A stretch of 7,227 nt of DNA, taken from IMG/VR virus record IMGVR_UViG_2681813318_000010, one strand, 5' to 3'. Source of the stretch: a virus (Duplodnaviria > Heunggongvirae > Uroviricota > Caudoviricetes). Every line of letters starts with the position of its first letter. The first letter of the stretch is position 1. Positions 6,946 through 7,227 of the stretch are shown in pieces. Made by a program: the position numbers and the translations under genes. The notes under the pieces were generated by a model. It had not been told where the DNA came from and did no database searches. It saw nothing but the letters and a program-made list of their open reading frames with translations.

Positions 6946-7227
6946 CTTTATCAATGACTTATCTCCCGACTTCCCGCCTTGCTTTTCCTAAACAGAACAA
7001 TCGTAGAATATTCTTGAAGGGTTAGATCGTCACTGTTTTCTGTTCGATACTGTGACATTCAGCACTTGATTCCTATGGATCTGACAGGAAGCTTTCGAGC
7101 GAAAATGTGCAGTTATTCAGTCGTTTTCTGTAAGCGACTCGTCAGAACCGTATTGATATTTACTGAGAGCTCAGATCAACTTTCCAGGGCAACAGATCGC
7201 GTACCCGGTTTGCCGGCCAGTCCTGGA

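Noticed and set aside
6816-7025. Plus-strand ORF 6816-7025
   Set aside because: Runs straight through the tRNA-Ser fragment; translation of structured RNA sequence.
1-7227. CRISPR array, toxin-antitoxin pair or other defence system
   Set aside because: No regularly spaced short direct repeats, no cas-like or nuclease-like ORFs, and no compact two-gene module; the coding capacity is accounted for by fibre and effector genes.

Overview
This window reads as the right-hand end of a lambdoid prophage in an attaching/effacing Escherichia-type genome: a GC-rich tail-fibre module followed by an AT-rich cassette of type III secretion effector genes, ending at a partial tRNA-Ser that looks like the prophage attachment site. 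Order on the + strand: a divergent 5' copy of the side tail fibre gene fused to a lom 3' fragment (1-1099); an intact short tail fibre gene with collagen-like Gly-X-Y repeats (1251-2564); a small ORF resembling the fibre C-terminal domain (2566-2835); an NleB-family glycosyltransferase effector (3012-3992); an nleC 5' fragment with an in-frame stop joined to a tail fibre assembly (tfa) 3' remnant (4053-4470); an NleH-family kinase gene readable only across three homopolymer frame changes (4633-5545); intact nleF (5600-6169); about 700 bp with no convincing gene; and the 3' ~62 nt of tRNA-Ser(CGA) (6884-6945). I do not see a CRISPR array, a recognisable defence system or an integrase/transposase here. 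The interest lies in the mosaic architecture: duplicated fibre segments, a ~47-bp motif recurring at both fibre-to-effector boundaries, and several decayed genes. All protein identifications rest on my own translation and recall of family sequences; no database search was run.
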